Assembly: GCA_965206595.1 (NCBI GenBank)
Contig: OZ242214.1
Location: 3,104,001-3,168,000 of the forward strand
Direction: 5' to 3'
DNA: 64,000 bases
DNA from: Candidatus Latescibacterota bacterium
GTDB lineage: Bacteria; Latescibacterota; UBA2968; UBA8231
Shown: piece by piece, positions 48,580 through 58,423 of the stretch
How the letters are laid out: each line of letters begins with the position of its first letter
How positions within the stretch are numbered: position 1 is the stretch's first letter
Translations under genes and position numbers: made by a program
The notes under the pieces: generated by a model
Databases searched by the model: none
Seen by the model: only the letters and a program-made list of their open reading frames with translations
Told to the model about the DNA's origin: nothing

Positions 48580-49524
48580 TCAGGAGCCGGACGTCGCCGA
48601 GAGGATGCGCTTGTCCTTGCGGTCGCTGGCCTCGTAGAAGAGGCGGAAGCGGCCGTCGGGCAGCTCGGTGACGCAGGGCTCGGAAACCATGTGGCAGTCC
48701 AGCGCCGCCCCGAGATCGAGGCAGGGCTCAGGTTCCTTGCGCCATTCCAGACCGTCCGTCGAAGTAGCGGTGAAGACGCCGCCGTTGATTCCCTTGCTCC
48801 AGGCAGCGTAGTACATCCGGTACCTGCCGTCACCGAGGCGGATGACCTCGGGCGAGTACACAGCGACGTTTTCGCGTTCCGTCTCCTGCGCGATGCGGGC
48901 ACCCGGTTCGAACTCCCACTGCAGCCCGTCGGTCGACAGGGCGCTGAGGATCTGCCTGGCTCCATCCGGATCCGGGCACCGCGGATGGGGATACCGGTGG
49001 AAGTAGAGACGGCGCCGGCCGTCTTCGAGGTAGAGGCAGCGTGGGGTGCCGTAGGACCATTCGCCGTCGCCGATGCGCACGCCTTCTTCCAATTCCCAGA
49101 GCAGGCCGTCCGCTGAAACGGCGCTGAGGATGACCGTCGGCGCCTCGCCGCTGCGCGCTTCGTAGTACATCCGCCAGCCGCCGTCGGGCAGCGGCACCAC
49201 GTCGGGGCAGAGGGTGCGCGTGGTGGCGTGGGGGCTGCTGAGGTCGACGCGGATCCCTTCCTCTTTGGTCCAGCCCTCGGCGTCGCCGGAACGGGCGCTG
49301 AGGATGTAGCCGACCGCATCGGGATCGGGATGAGCCGGTCCGAGGCCGGTGTAGTAGATGCGATAGCCGCCGGCCGGCAGCTGGACGACGTTGGGGGTCA
49401 GGATACTGCGGGAATCAAGAGGGCTGTCGAGATCGAGGGCGATCCAGGGATCCTTGGTCCAGTCGGTTCCGGGGTCGCGCTCGTGGTAGTGGACGGCGGT
49501 CAGGGGATCGAAGGGGCGTGCCAT
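48580..49524 (-). CDS. Five-bladed beta-propeller glycoside-hydrolase-like protein
   Basis: Five repeats of P.V..L.DG..R(M/L)YY, most followed by ILSA.S.DG..W. Confidence 0.75.
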   Translation of the reverse strand: MARPFDPLTAVHYHERDPGTDWTKDPWIALDLDSPLDSRSILTPNVVQLPAGGYRIYYTGLGPAHPDPDAVGYILSARSGDAEGWTKEEGIRVDLSSPHATTRTLCPDVVPLPDGGWRMYYEARSGEAPTVILSAVSADGLLWELEEGVRIGDGEWSYGTPRCLYLEDGRRRLYFHRYPHPRCPDPDGARQILSALSTDGLQWEFEPGARIAQETERENVAVYSPEVIRLGDGRYRMYYAAWSKGINGGVFTATSTDGLEWRKEPEPCLDLGAALDCHMVSEPCVTELPDGRFRLFYEASDRKDKRILSATSGS

Positions 49525-49605
49525 TACAGGTCAACTCCGGGGAAGGTTGGATCGAATATCGTTCAGCGCTCGTAGCGGCTCCATGTACTGCGTTGCGGAC
49601 CAGAC

Positions 49606-52377
49606 TCACCTCGCCGGACCTCCAACAGGGAACCCTTCTTCCCCGGCTCCCTCCTGCCGGAGGATCCGTTGCAGCCTGAGGGCCATGGCCTCCCGCGGGT
49701 CGATTGCCAGGGCGGCGCCGAACAGCTCTCTCGCCTCTGCATCCTCCCCTCTCATCATTTGGATCAGCCCGGCCATGCTGCGCTCCCGGGCCCGCAGTCT
49801 CCTCTCTACATCCAGCAGGTCCTCGGGAGCGGCCTTGAGCCAGCCCCCTGCCTCGCTGACGAGCAAGGGCTGCAGACTGTCGAGAACTTCCGAGCCGTCG
49901 AGCCGCTCCTCCTGCGGCCGGTACCCCGCCCGGGTCCGCCGGTCGGTGTTGACGTTGCCCTCGCCGGCGTAGCGGGCAACCCCCTTTTCGTCCAGCCCGA
50001 GGGTGCCGAGGAAGGCTACCGGGTCCGCCAGCTCGACCTTGTCGAGGTTCGCAGCGATCGCGGGCCGCGCCAGCTTCCCGGCGAGCTCCTCCATGTCGAC
50101 GGCGAGCGGCTGCGGGGTGGCCAGCAAAATGGTGTAGACCTGGTTGACCCAGAGGGAGCTGTGCGGGAAGACCTGCGAGAAGGTGCGGACGATGGTCCGG
50201 TACTCCTCGACCGACAGCCCGTGGGTCGGCACCCACTGGGCCACCATGCCGCCCGGCTTCAGGCGCTGCCGGCAGAGCCGGTAGAACTCGCGCGTGTACA
50301 GGAGCCAGCTGTCCGCGGTGGTCGGATGGGTCGAGTCGCAGATGATGACGTCGTAGCGATCCCCGGTGCGCAGCAGGTGGTTCCTGCCGTCCTCGGCGAT
50401 CAGGCGCAGGTAGCCGGCGCCGAAGCGGTCGGCGATGCGGTTGTTGTACTCACCGAAGAGGGGAGCGGCGCCGAAGACCCCGGGGACGACCTCGGCGCAG
50501 GCCAGGTGTGCGGGACGGTGGAGCTCGACCGACGACAGGGTGACCCCCCCGCCGAAGGCGACGACCGCTACCTGCCGCGGGTCCGGGTGGAGCAGTGAGG
50601 CGAGGTTGCCGAGCATGCGGAAGGTCTGGATCGAGGCGAAATCGCTGCGCACCTCGCCGGTCCCGTTGACCCTCAGGGAGCGCTGGCCGCCGGCGCTTTC
50701 GTGAACGGTCACGGTGCCGGCGGTGCTTTCGCTGTAGTAGAGGAGCCTCCCTTTCGCCTCCAGGCCGGAGAGAAGGCGCACGAACAGGTCGCCGGGGATG
50801 GCCGCGTGGAGGGCGGCTGCTGCGGCCCCTGCGAGGACGAGCGTCCGCAGCCGTCTTGCCGGGCGCGACTGCGGAGCCAGGGCGACCAGGGCGGTCCCCG
50901 CGGCGATGTTGCACCAGGCCAGGGCCTCCACCGAGCCCTGGGTGCCGAGCCAGGGGACGAGGAGGAACCCGGCGGCGAGAGCGCCGGCGATCGCCCCCGC
51001 GGTATTGGCGGCGTACAGGTCGCCGACGGAGCGGCCGACGCGGTCGAGGCGGCGGACGTTGAGGCGGCCGGCAATCGGAAAGGCGGCCCCCATCAGGCAG
51101 GTCGGGACGATCGTCACCACGAGGGCGGCGAGAAACAGCTGGGCGAGCGGTGAGATGCCGAGGAGGTTGCCCAGGATTTCGAAGTACCCCGGCACCCCGC
51201 CCAGCAGGGCGGTCGACAGCAGTCCGAACAGACCTATCAGCAGCTCCGCCGCCCCCAGGGCGAGGACCGCGTCCCGGAGGCGGCCCGACAGCCGCGCCCC
51301 GGCCGCTCCCCCGGCGGCGATTCCGAGCAGGAAGGCGATCAGGATGACGGAGAGGCTCTGCGCCGTCGTGGTCCTGTTGAGGATGCTGAGGAGCCGCGTC
51401 CAGACCACCTCGTACCCGAGTGCGGCGAACCCGGACAGGCCGATGGCAACGAGGACCGCGGGGCCGATCCAGCCCGGGAGCGGCTCTTGTTCTGGGAGGT
51501 CCCGCCTTCCCGCACCTGCGGGGATGCCGGGGGTGTTGCCTGTGTCCGCCTGGGTGCCGGAGCTACCCGCGCTTGCCTGAGTCCCGGCGTCCTCCGAGAC
51601 GCCGTGCGAGCCTTCGGGGGTTGCAGGGGTTTCGGGTGGGCCTCCGGCCACCGTGGGACCGCCCATTACTTTCGTGGCATCGGAGGGACCTCCTGTAACC
51701 GCAACTGCCGGCTTCCCCTGGCATGCCCGGCTCAGAAGAAGAGCGGCGATACCCGCAAGGGCATTCCCCGCCGCGGCCGCCGCGGTCGCCCCCCAGGTTC
51801 CGGTGTGGGGAAGCAGCGCGAAGGCCGTGATCAGACAACCGGCCGCGGCGCCGAAGGTGTTGGCCGCGTAGAGCCTGCCGACCCCCTGCCCCGCTTCGCT
51901 TGCCCTGGTGACAGCGAAACGGCTGAGCACCGGCAGGGTCGCTCCCATCAGGGTCGTCGGCACCAGCAGCAGGGCGAAGGTCAGGGCGAACCGCGCCGCG
52001 GCGAACCCCCAGTCCCCGGTGACCCGGGAAAGGGCCGCGCAGCCCTCCTCCAGCCCGGCGATGGCGGCCGGCACAAGCAGCGCTACGGCCGCGATCCCCA
52101 GCTCGAGCAGACCGTACATCCGCAGCGGATCCTCCCGCCTGTCGGCGAGGCGTCCGAAGCCGAAACTGCCGAGGGCGAGTCCCGCCATGAAGGCGGCCAG
52201 CACCGTGCTCACCGCCCAGGTGCCGACCCCGAAAACCACCACCAGCATGCGCGCCCAGATCAGCTGGTACACGAGGGAGCAGGCCCCGGAGACGAAGAAC
52301 AGTACGAGAAGGGCGGGGACAAGCGTTGCGCCGGTCCTCCCCGGGCTCGGGGAGCGGATTTCCGCTTCGGATGCCAA
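49606..52377 (-). CDS. Membrane protein fused to a spermidine-synthase-like domain
   Basis: SGACSLVYQ.IW.R, LMGATLP, LYAANT.GA in two TM repeats; C-terminal EDGRNHL..YDVIICD..LYTREFY..LKPGG..QWVP. Confidence 0.85.
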   Translation of the reverse strand: MASEAEIRSPSPGRTGATLVPALLVLFFVSGACSLVYQLIWARMLVVVFGVGTWAVSTVLAAFMAGLALGSFGFGRLADRREDPLRMYGLLELGIAAVALLVPAAIAGLEEGCAALSRVTGDWGFAAARFALTFALLLVPTTLMGATLPVLSRFAVTRASEAGQGVGRLYAANTFGAAAGCLITAFALLPHTGTWGATAAAAAGNALAGIAALLLSRACQGKPAVAVTGGPSDATKVMGGPTVAGGPPETPATPEGSHGVSEDAGTQASAGSSGTQADTGNTPGIPAGAGRRDLPEQEPLPGWIGPAVLVAIGLSGFAALGYEVVWTRLLSILNRTTTAQSLSVILIAFLLGIAAGGAAGARLSGRLRDAVLALGAAELLIGLFGLLSTALLGGVPGYFEILGNLLGISPLAQLFLAALVVTIVPTCLMGAAFPIAGRLNVRRLDRVGRSVGDLYAANTAGAIAGALAAGFLLVPWLGTQGSVEALAWCNIAAGTALVALAPQSRPARRLRTLVLAGAAAAALHAAIPGDLFVRLLSGLEAKGRLLYYSESTAGTVTVHESAGGQRSLRVNGTGEVRSDFASIQTFRMLGNLASLLHPDPRQVAVVAFGGGVTLSSVELHRPAHLACAEVVPGVFGAAPLFGEYNNRIADRFGAGYLRLIAEDGRNHLLRTGDRYDVIICDSTHPTTADSWLLYTREFYRLCRQRLKPGGMVAQWVPTHGLSVEEYRTIVRTFSQVFPHSSLWVNQVYTILLATPQPLAVDMEELAGKLARPAIAANLDKVELADPVAFLGTLGLDEKGVARYAGEGNVNTDRRTRAGYRPQEERLDGSEVLDSLQPLLVSEAGGWLKAAPEDLLDVERRLRARERSMAGLIQMMRGEDAEARELFGAALAIDPREAMALRLQRILRQEGAGEEGFPVGGPAR

Positions 52378-52383
52378 GGGTCG

Positions 52384-54258
52384 CTAGCGGCTTTGCGAAC
52401 CGCTCGGAGGTTCGCGGGGAACCGCTTCGCCGCTCCTCCGGGATACTCGCAGGCCCTTCAACTCCCTGACCTCGGGCTCAGCCCCCTGGCGAACGAAAAG
52501 CAGCTTGTTGGCGGGGACCGCCGCGACGGTCTGCTCGCTGCCGTCCGGCCACCTGACGGCGACCGACTCGACGGCCTCCAGGGTGCCGAGCCCGAAATGG
52601 GCGCGGATGTCGCTGGCCGACAGGTAGCTCCCGGAGCTGTCGACGACCCGCACCTGCATATGGCCCCCTGCCCGCACCCGGATCCCGGCGCCGGCGCCAT
52701 CGCGGTTGGACTTCGTCCCCTCGACCTCGACCACGAGGCAGTTCCCCTCCTCCCGGTCGTTGCGCAGCAAGGTGGGGGTGTCGTTGAGGTTGACCACCAG
52801 CACGTCGACGTCGCCGTCGTCGTCGTAGTCGCCGAAGCCGGCGCCGCGGCTGACCTTCTCGACCTTCAGCCCGGGACCGGCGGCGGCGCTGACGTCGGCG
52901 AACCCTTCGCTCCCGTCGTTGCGGAAGACCTGGTTTTGCTGGCGGTAGCTGGTACCGGTCGGGGCGTCGTCCACCTCGGGGAAGACGTGCCCGTTGGCGA
53001 CGAACAGGTCGAGGTCGCCGTCGTTGTCGAGGTCGGCGAACTGGGTGCCCCAGCCGAGGCGGGTCAGGGTCCCTGCTTCGAGATCGGCCTGCACCGTGAA
53101 GTCGGAGAAGCGGCCGCCCCCCTCGTTCCGGTAGAGGGTGTTGCTCTCGCGGAAGAAGTTGGTGACGTAGAGGTCGGGATCGCCGTCGCCGTCGAAGTCG
53201 CCGCTGTCTACCCCCATGCCCGCTTCCTCGTCGCCGTCGCCGCTGTAGGCGACCCCGGAAACCAGGCCCGATTCGGCGAAGGTCGCGTCGCCGCGGTTGC
53301 GGAACAGCAGGTTCGGTGTCTGGTCGTTGGCTACGTAGAGGTCGACGAGGCCGTCGCCGTCGAAATCCCCCGGCAGCACGCCGAGCCCGAAATGGATCGC
53401 CGAAGCCCCGACCCCGGAGCTTCCGGTGACGTCGGCGAAACGGCCGCCGCCGTCGTTGCGGTAGAGGACGTCGGCGGCCCCCTCCATGCCCAGGGGCCCG
53501 CAATAGGTCTTGATCCCGCCGACGTAGTCGCAGTCGACGCGCGGATTGTCGCGCAGGTCGAAGCGGACGTAGTTGGCGACGTAGAGATCGAGATCGCCGT
53601 CGTTGTCGTAGTCGAAGAAGGCGGCCCCGGCGCTGTACCCGTCTCCGGCGACCCCGGCCGCCGCGGTGACGTCGAAGAAGCTGCCGTCGCCGCGGTTCCC
53701 GTACAGGAGGTTGGCGCCGTAGTTGGTGACGTAGAGATCGCGGTCGCCGTCGTTGTCGATATCGCCGACCGCGCACCCGGCTCCCCACCCGGCGTCGTCG
53801 ACCCCGGCGGCCGCGGCGACGTCGGAGAAGCTGCCGTCGCCGTTGTTGCGGTAGAGGGAGTTCCCCGGACCGGAGCGCTCCTCGTAGGTCTCGAAGGTGG
53901 AGCCGTTGACGAGGTAGAGGTCGAGGTCGCCGTCGTTGTCGCTGTCGAAGAAACCGGCGCCGCTGCCGTGAGCCTCGAGGATGTACCTCTTCTCCATCCC
54001 TCCGAAGACGTTGAGGGCCGTGACCCCGGTGGCTTCCGCCTGGTCGCTGAAACGGATCTGCGGCGCGCAGACCGAGGGGGCGGCCAGGACGGCCAGCAGG
54101 TGCGCGCCCGTCAGGACGAGCCGCACCGGAGCCCGTCGGCTCGAAGGCCCTGGAAGGCAGGTCCGGGCATCGCCGCAGGAGCCCTGACGCCCCACCGCCC
54201 CGGACCCGGGATCCAACAAGCGGGAGCGGCCCGCTCCAGGTTTTTCATCCGGTCTCAT
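52384..54258 (-). CDS. CRTAC1-like FG-GAP repeat protein with ASPIC/UnbV domain
   Basis: Repeated D.DNDGD.DLYV.N; C-terminal SNRDGAGA..SYLS..HFGLG..VRWPDG; start uncertain. Confidence 0.9.
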   Translation of the reverse strand: MRPDEKPGAGRSRLLDPGSGAVGRQGSCGDARTCLPGPSSRRAPVRLVLTGAHLLAVLAAPSVCAPQIRFSDQAEATGVTALNVFGGMEKRYILEAHGSGAGFFDSDNDGDLDLYLVNGSTFETYEERSGPGNSLYRNNGDGSFSDVAAAAGVDDAGWGAGCAVGDIDNDGDRDLYVTNYGANLLYGNRGDGSFFDVTAAAGVAGDGYSAGAAFFDYDNDGDLDLYVANYVRFDLRDNPRVDCDYVGGIKTYCGPLGMEGAADVLYRNDGGGRFADVTGSSGVGASAIHFGLGVLPGDFDGDGLVDLYVANDQTPNLLFRNRGDATFAESGLVSGVAYSGDGDEEAGMGVDSGDFDGDGDPDLYVTNFFRESNTLYRNEGGGRFSDFTVQADLEAGTLTRLGWGTQFADLDNDGDLDLFVANGHVFPEVDDAPTGTSYRQQNQVFRNDGSEGFADVSAAAGPGLKVEKVSRGAGFGDYDDDGDVDVLVVNLNDTPTLLRNDREEGNCLVVEVEGTKSNRDGAGAGIRVRAGGHMQVRVVDSSGSYLSASDIRAHFGLGTLEAVESVAVRWPDGSEQTVAAVPANKLLFVRQGAEPEVRELKGLRVSRRSGEAVPREPPSGSQSR

Positions 54259-54316
54259 TAGTACCGTAATTCTAAACGATCGAGCTGTTCGTCACCCGGA
54301 GCCATACTCGGAAGAC

Positions 54317-55207
54317 ATGAGCGACGCGAGCAACGGAAGCGAAACCGGCGGCGGTTCCCCGTTCCCGGTCCTGACCCCGGCACAGCGGATGTATCTCGAG
54401 GTGAACGGGTACGTCGTCCTGAAGGAGTTCATCTCCCGGGAGCGGGTGCGGGAGCTGCTCGACACCATCTACCGGATGGAGGCGGAGTACCGCGCCACCG
54501 GCGACCTTCCCGGACCCGACTGCCACCTGTCGGCGACGGGCGAGGAGTACTTCCGCATCGACAACCTGCCCCACCTCGCCCCCTGCTTCTTCGACTACGT
54601 CACCGATCCCCGGATCGTCGCCGCGGCCGAGGAGATCACCGGCGGCACGGTGCGCCTCGAGCAGTCCGACGCCCACGTGCGCAGGCCGGGCGCCGCCAAC
54701 GAGAGCTACGGGTTCCACCGCAGCATCTCCAACGGCTACTCGCACGTCAGCGAGTCCGGGCTCTACCACTACTCGTTCGTCAAGGCCCTGACCAACCTGA
54801 CGGACCTCGGGCCGGACGACGGCGGCACCGCGGTGATCGCCGGCACCCACAAGGTGCCGCCCGAAGTCGGCAGGGAAGAAATGGTAGCCGCGGCCATGGA
54901 GGACCCGCGCCTCATCCACCAGGTCGAGGCTCCGGCCGGCTCGACCCTGCTCTTCTTCGAGTCGCTCATGCACTCCCACGGGATCATGGGCTCCGGCCGC
55001 AAGCGCGTGCTCGTTCTCGGCGGCTACACCCCGACGATGTTCCAGACCTGGCGCGGGTACGAGCCGAGCGCCGATTTTGTCGCCACCCTGTCGGATGAGC
55101 ACCGCGCCCTGCTCACCGGGGAAGCGCGCTACGGAGTGCCGCGAAAGGGGCGCGACCTCGGAACCCCGGCGCAGACCGCGCCTGCAAACGGAGGTAGCGG
55201 ATCGTGA
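54317..55207 (+). CDS. PhyH-family Fe/2OG enzyme with HRS in place of HxD
   Basis: NGYVVL, GFHRS, LTDLGPDDGGTAVIAGTHK, ESLMHS. Confidence 0.8.
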   Translation: MSDASNGSETGGGSPFPVLTPAQRMYLEVNGYVVLKEFISRERVRELLDTIYRMEAEYRATGDLPGPDCHLSATGEEYFRIDNLPHLAPCFFDYVTDPRIVAAAEEITGGTVRLEQSDAHVRRPGAANESYGFHRSISNGYSHVSESGLYHYSFVKALTNLTDLGPDDGGTAVIAGTHKVPPEVGREEMVAAAMEDPRLIHQVEAPAGSTLLFFESLMHSHGIMGSGRKRVLVLGGYTPTMFQTWRGYEPSADFVATLSDEHRALLTGEARYGVPRKGRDLGTPAQTAPANGGSGS

Positions 55208-55989
55208 CCACGTCATTTGCAGACCACCTCGACGCCCGCTTCGAAGAGGAGGGCTACGTCCGCCTCGGACGCCTGCTTTGCGACGATGAGCTGTCGTCGC
55301 TGTGCCGGCGCAGCGACGACCTGATGCTCGGCAACGTCGTCATCGAGGGAATCGCCTTTCAGCTCGACCCGGAAAGCCCTGGCTACGGGGACCTGCCGGG
55401 GGGAACCGCCGGTCCCTCTCTGCGCACCCTCGACTACCGGCGCATCGACGAGCTCCACCTCGACTCGCTGTTCCTCGCCTACATGCAGCACCCCCTCTTC
55501 CGCGACCTCACCCGCCGCCGCATCGGCGAGAACGTCTCCGTGTTCCGCTCGATGTTCATGAACAAGCCCGCCAGCAGGGGGACGGAGCTGCCCTGGCACC
55601 AGGACGTCGGCAAGGGCTGGGGAATCGATTCCGACCCCACCACCACGGTCTGGACCGCTCTCGACGACGCCACCACGGCCTCGGGCTGCATGCAGATCGT
55701 GCCGGGCAGCCACAAGCTGGGGATCCTCAACGAGCGGCACTTCACTTCCGAGGAGGACCAGGCCGCCCACTGCAGCCCCGGCAAGTTCATCGATCTCGAG
55801 GTCGAGGCGGGCGAGGCGGTGCTGATCCACAACTGGATGCTGCATCGCTCCGGGGTCAACAGGACCGGCAGGCCGCGGCGCGCCTTCAGCATCGCCTACA
55901 TGGACGCCGCCACGAGAAGCCTCGACGGCGGCCGCTCCTTCCCGGTCATCTTCGGGGAAGGGGCCCTGAGGCCCCAGCAGGCTGCCTGA
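55204..55989 (+). CDS. PhyH-family dioxygenase
   Basis: EEGYV, MNKP, PWHQD, WTALDD, GCMQIVPGSH, MLHRSG.N. Confidence 0.9.
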   Translation: MTTSFADHLDARFEEEGYVRLGRLLCDDELSSLCRRSDDLMLGNVVIEGIAFQLDPESPGYGDLPGGTAGPSLRTLDYRRIDELHLDSLFLAYMQHPLFRDLTRRRIGENVSVFRSMFMNKPASRGTELPWHQDVGKGWGIDSDPTTTVWTALDDATTASGCMQIVPGSHKLGILNERHFTSEEDQAAHCSPGKFIDLEVEAGEAVLIHNWMLHRSGVNRTGRPRRAFSIAYMDAATRSLDGGRSFPVIFGEGALRPQQAA

Positions 55990-56135
55990 AGCCCGCGCTT
56001 CCGGACGAGCGCTGGCAACCCCGGGAGACGTGATCGAAAGGTATTCCCACAGAGGATCCGGTCGGTGTTGAACCGCGATCTTTCCCCTCGGGATCGGGGG
56101 ACCGCGGAAGCCGCGCGGAATTGCCCCCTCGGGCG

Positions 56136-57365
56136 CTATCCCAGGCGGCCGCTCTCCCAGGAAGCGAACCAGTTCTCCACCGTCATCGCCGCCGGCACTT
56201 CTTCGAACAGGTAGCGGGTCTCCCGTCCCTGGAAGCCGGGCAGGACGGTCTCCTCCTCTCCCTGCATGACCTCGTCGACCGGCTCGAACCGCTGCCACAG
56301 CAGGCTCGCCTCCTCCGGGGTGAAGCGCTCTCCCAGCGGCAGGCCCCACTGCAGGGTCATCGGGTGGACCATCCGCATGCGGGTCTTCTCGGTCTCGGTG
56401 AGTTCCTCCGGATCCCGGAAGCGCTGGTTGTAGATGTGGCGCGCCGTCTTGCTCAGGCAGATCGTCGACTTGACGATCCCCTTGTCGCCGCGGCCGGGAT
56501 GCAGCTTGTCGAGGGCGCCGCGGTAGGCTGCCTCGTCCCGGGCCATGACGGCGCGGAAAGCCGCCTCCGCGGAATCGATGTACTCCCGGGAGCGCCGGTG
56601 CCAGCGGGTGCAGGTCTCCTGCGCCGCCGGCGACAGGTACTCCATCCAGCGGATGTCGTCCCACTGCGTCAGGCGGGCGAAGCCGCCGTGGACGGTGCGG
56701 CGCATCTTCGTCGTGTAGTTGCTGCCCCAGTGCAGGATCGGCAGGATGTAGGCGACGCCGTCCCCGGCCTCGAGGTGGGTCTGAACCCCGCCGGGAACCG
56801 GGGCTCTCGGGTTGGCCGCCATCGACGCGTTCTCCTCCCCGGTGTTCGGGCGCACGTGGCTGCCCGGGACGACCCAGAGCACGTCGTCGTCGTAGAGGGG
56901 AATGTTCCACTGCACGTAGCGCGGGCCGTTCTCGAGGATGTCGTCGGCATAGGCCATCAGCGGCGCGTTCAGCGGCGGGTAGAAGTCGCGGTGCCAGGCA
57001 GCCGGCCCGCGCTCGGAGACCGGGTTGCACATCATCATCATCTCGGTGTTGGGGGCGTCCTCTTCGGCCAGCAGGTGGCTGCTCACGCCCTGGGTGTTCT
57101 CGTGCAGCCACAGCTCGATGGCAGGGGCGGTCTCCCGGTCGTGCTCCGCCCCCATGCCGTTGATGTGCAGGCGGGGCTGGCTGCCGGTCTCCCAGACGCC
57201 CCCGGGGGGGTCGTCCGGGCCGGTATTGCGCGCCCAGACCGCCCGCTGGCGCTCGACCAGGAGCTCGTGGCAGCGCCGCATTCTTTCCAGATCCCCCGGC
57301 GGAATCACCTGTCGCAGGATGACGAACCCCTGCTCGAGGAACTCGTCCCTGTTCGCTTTTATCAT
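56136..57365 (-). CDS. PhyH-family dioxygenase
   Basis: EQGFVIL, WHRD, VVPGSH, ILHWGS; ATG overlaps the upstream stop. Confidence 0.85.
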   Translation of the reverse strand: MIKANRDEFLEQGFVILRQVIPPGDLERMRRCHELLVERQRAVWARNTGPDDPPGGVWETGSQPRLHINGMGAEHDRETAPAIELWLHENTQGVSSHLLAEEDAPNTEMMMMCNPVSERGPAAWHRDFYPPLNAPLMAYADDILENGPRYVQWNIPLYDDDVLWVVPGSHVRPNTGEENASMAANPRAPVPGGVQTHLEAGDGVAYILPILHWGSNYTTKMRRTVHGGFARLTQWDDIRWMEYLSPAAQETCTRWHRRSREYIDSAEAAFRAVMARDEAAYRGALDKLHPGRGDKGIVKSTICLSKTARHIYNQRFRDPEELTETEKTRMRMVHPMTLQWGLPLGERFTPEEASLLWQRFEPVDEVMQGEEETVLPGFQGRETRYLFEEVPAAMTVENWFASWESGRLG

Positions 57366-58228
57366 GACTCCCCCATCGCGAGCATCCGCCTCGCCGAGGC
57401 GATGACCTGCTGCGCTATTTCTTCCGGCTCCTGCTTTTCCAGCTCGGCGTCGAAAGGCTCGACCGTCACCGGACCGTCGTAGCCGATCGCCTCGAGGCAG
57501 CGCACGAAGCCGGCCGCGTCGATGATTCCGGTGGCGCAGGGCAGCCGCCGCTCGAGGTCCATCTGCTGATCGCGGCCGCGGCCTTCGACGCCGTCGTTGA
57601 TGTGCACGAGAACGGTCTTCCGGTTGTCGAGGAGCCGGGGCAGCTCTTCCTCCGTGCTGCCGCTGGTGTACCAGTGGTAGCTGTCGAGCAGCACCCCGAC
57701 GTACTGCTCCCGCGCCGGCGCGATCGCCGCCGCGAGGTCGAGCATCGGCGGCAGGGCGTGGACGAACTCGTACTTCATCTCGTCCCGCAGCGTCTTCGGC
57801 CCGATGAACTCGAGGCCGAGACGGATGCCGTGGTCGGCCATCAGCCGCGCCATCGGGCCCAGGCGTTCTACGTGCAGTTCGAAGTTCGCTTCGTACTCGA
57901 GGTCGTCGCTGCAGGGCCGCGCCCCCGACACCCCGCGGTCGCAGCCGAGCCGGCGGGCCATCGGCAGCCACCGGCTCAGCTCATCCATCCGCTGCTCGTA
58001 GAGCGCCCGCTCTCCGGCGTAGTCCCAGGGCGCGCCGAAGCTGCCGAACTTCAGGCCCGCCGAGGCCATCGCCTCCTCGATCTGCTCCAGGGAGAGGGTC
58101 TCCCTGCCCTCGCCGATGCGGCTCAGCGGCAGATCGATCCCCGCGTACCCGTGGCGGGCCGCCAGCGGGATCAGGTCTCCCAGGGGCAGGTCGATACCGA
58201 CCGCGTCGGGATCCAGGTTGATATACAT
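57362..58228 (-). CDS. Sugar phosphate isomerase/epimerase (xylose-isomerase-like TIM barrel)
   Basis: GLEFIG, LLDSYHW, VHIND, GYDGPVTVEPF. Confidence 0.88.
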   Translation of the reverse strand: MYINLDPDAVGIDLPLGDLIPLAARHGYAGIDLPLSRIGEGRETLSLEQIEEAMASAGLKFGSFGAPWDYAGERALYEQRMDELSRWLPMARRLGCDRGVSGARPCSDDLEYEANFELHVERLGPMARLMADHGIRLGLEFIGPKTLRDEMKYEFVHALPPMLDLAAAIAPAREQYVGVLLDSYHWYTSGSTEEELPRLLDNRKTVLVHINDGVEGRGRDQQMDLERRLPCATGIIDAAGFVRCLEAIGYDGPVTVEPFDAELEKQEPEEIAQQVIASARRMLAMGES

Positions 58229-58423
58229 GTCCGCTTCCTTTCGACCCTCCGGGGGCGTCTACTGCCTGCTGCGGGCCGGTCTCTTGCGGCTACGCATCAA
58301 GCGGAAATCGGCCGGGCGGCCGCCCCGAGCCGGAAATCTGCTGCATTCCCCTTGCCGCGTCGATTGGGAGCGATTGCTCTTGTCCAGCTCGCCCGCAGGC
58401 CTTCGGGCCGGGCGTTTCGGCAC

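Noticed and set aside
52780-53960. Recurring GTCGCCGTCGTTGTC-like nucleotide repeats
   Set aside because: They encode the FG-GAP D.DNDGD.D protein repeats and are not a DNA repeat element
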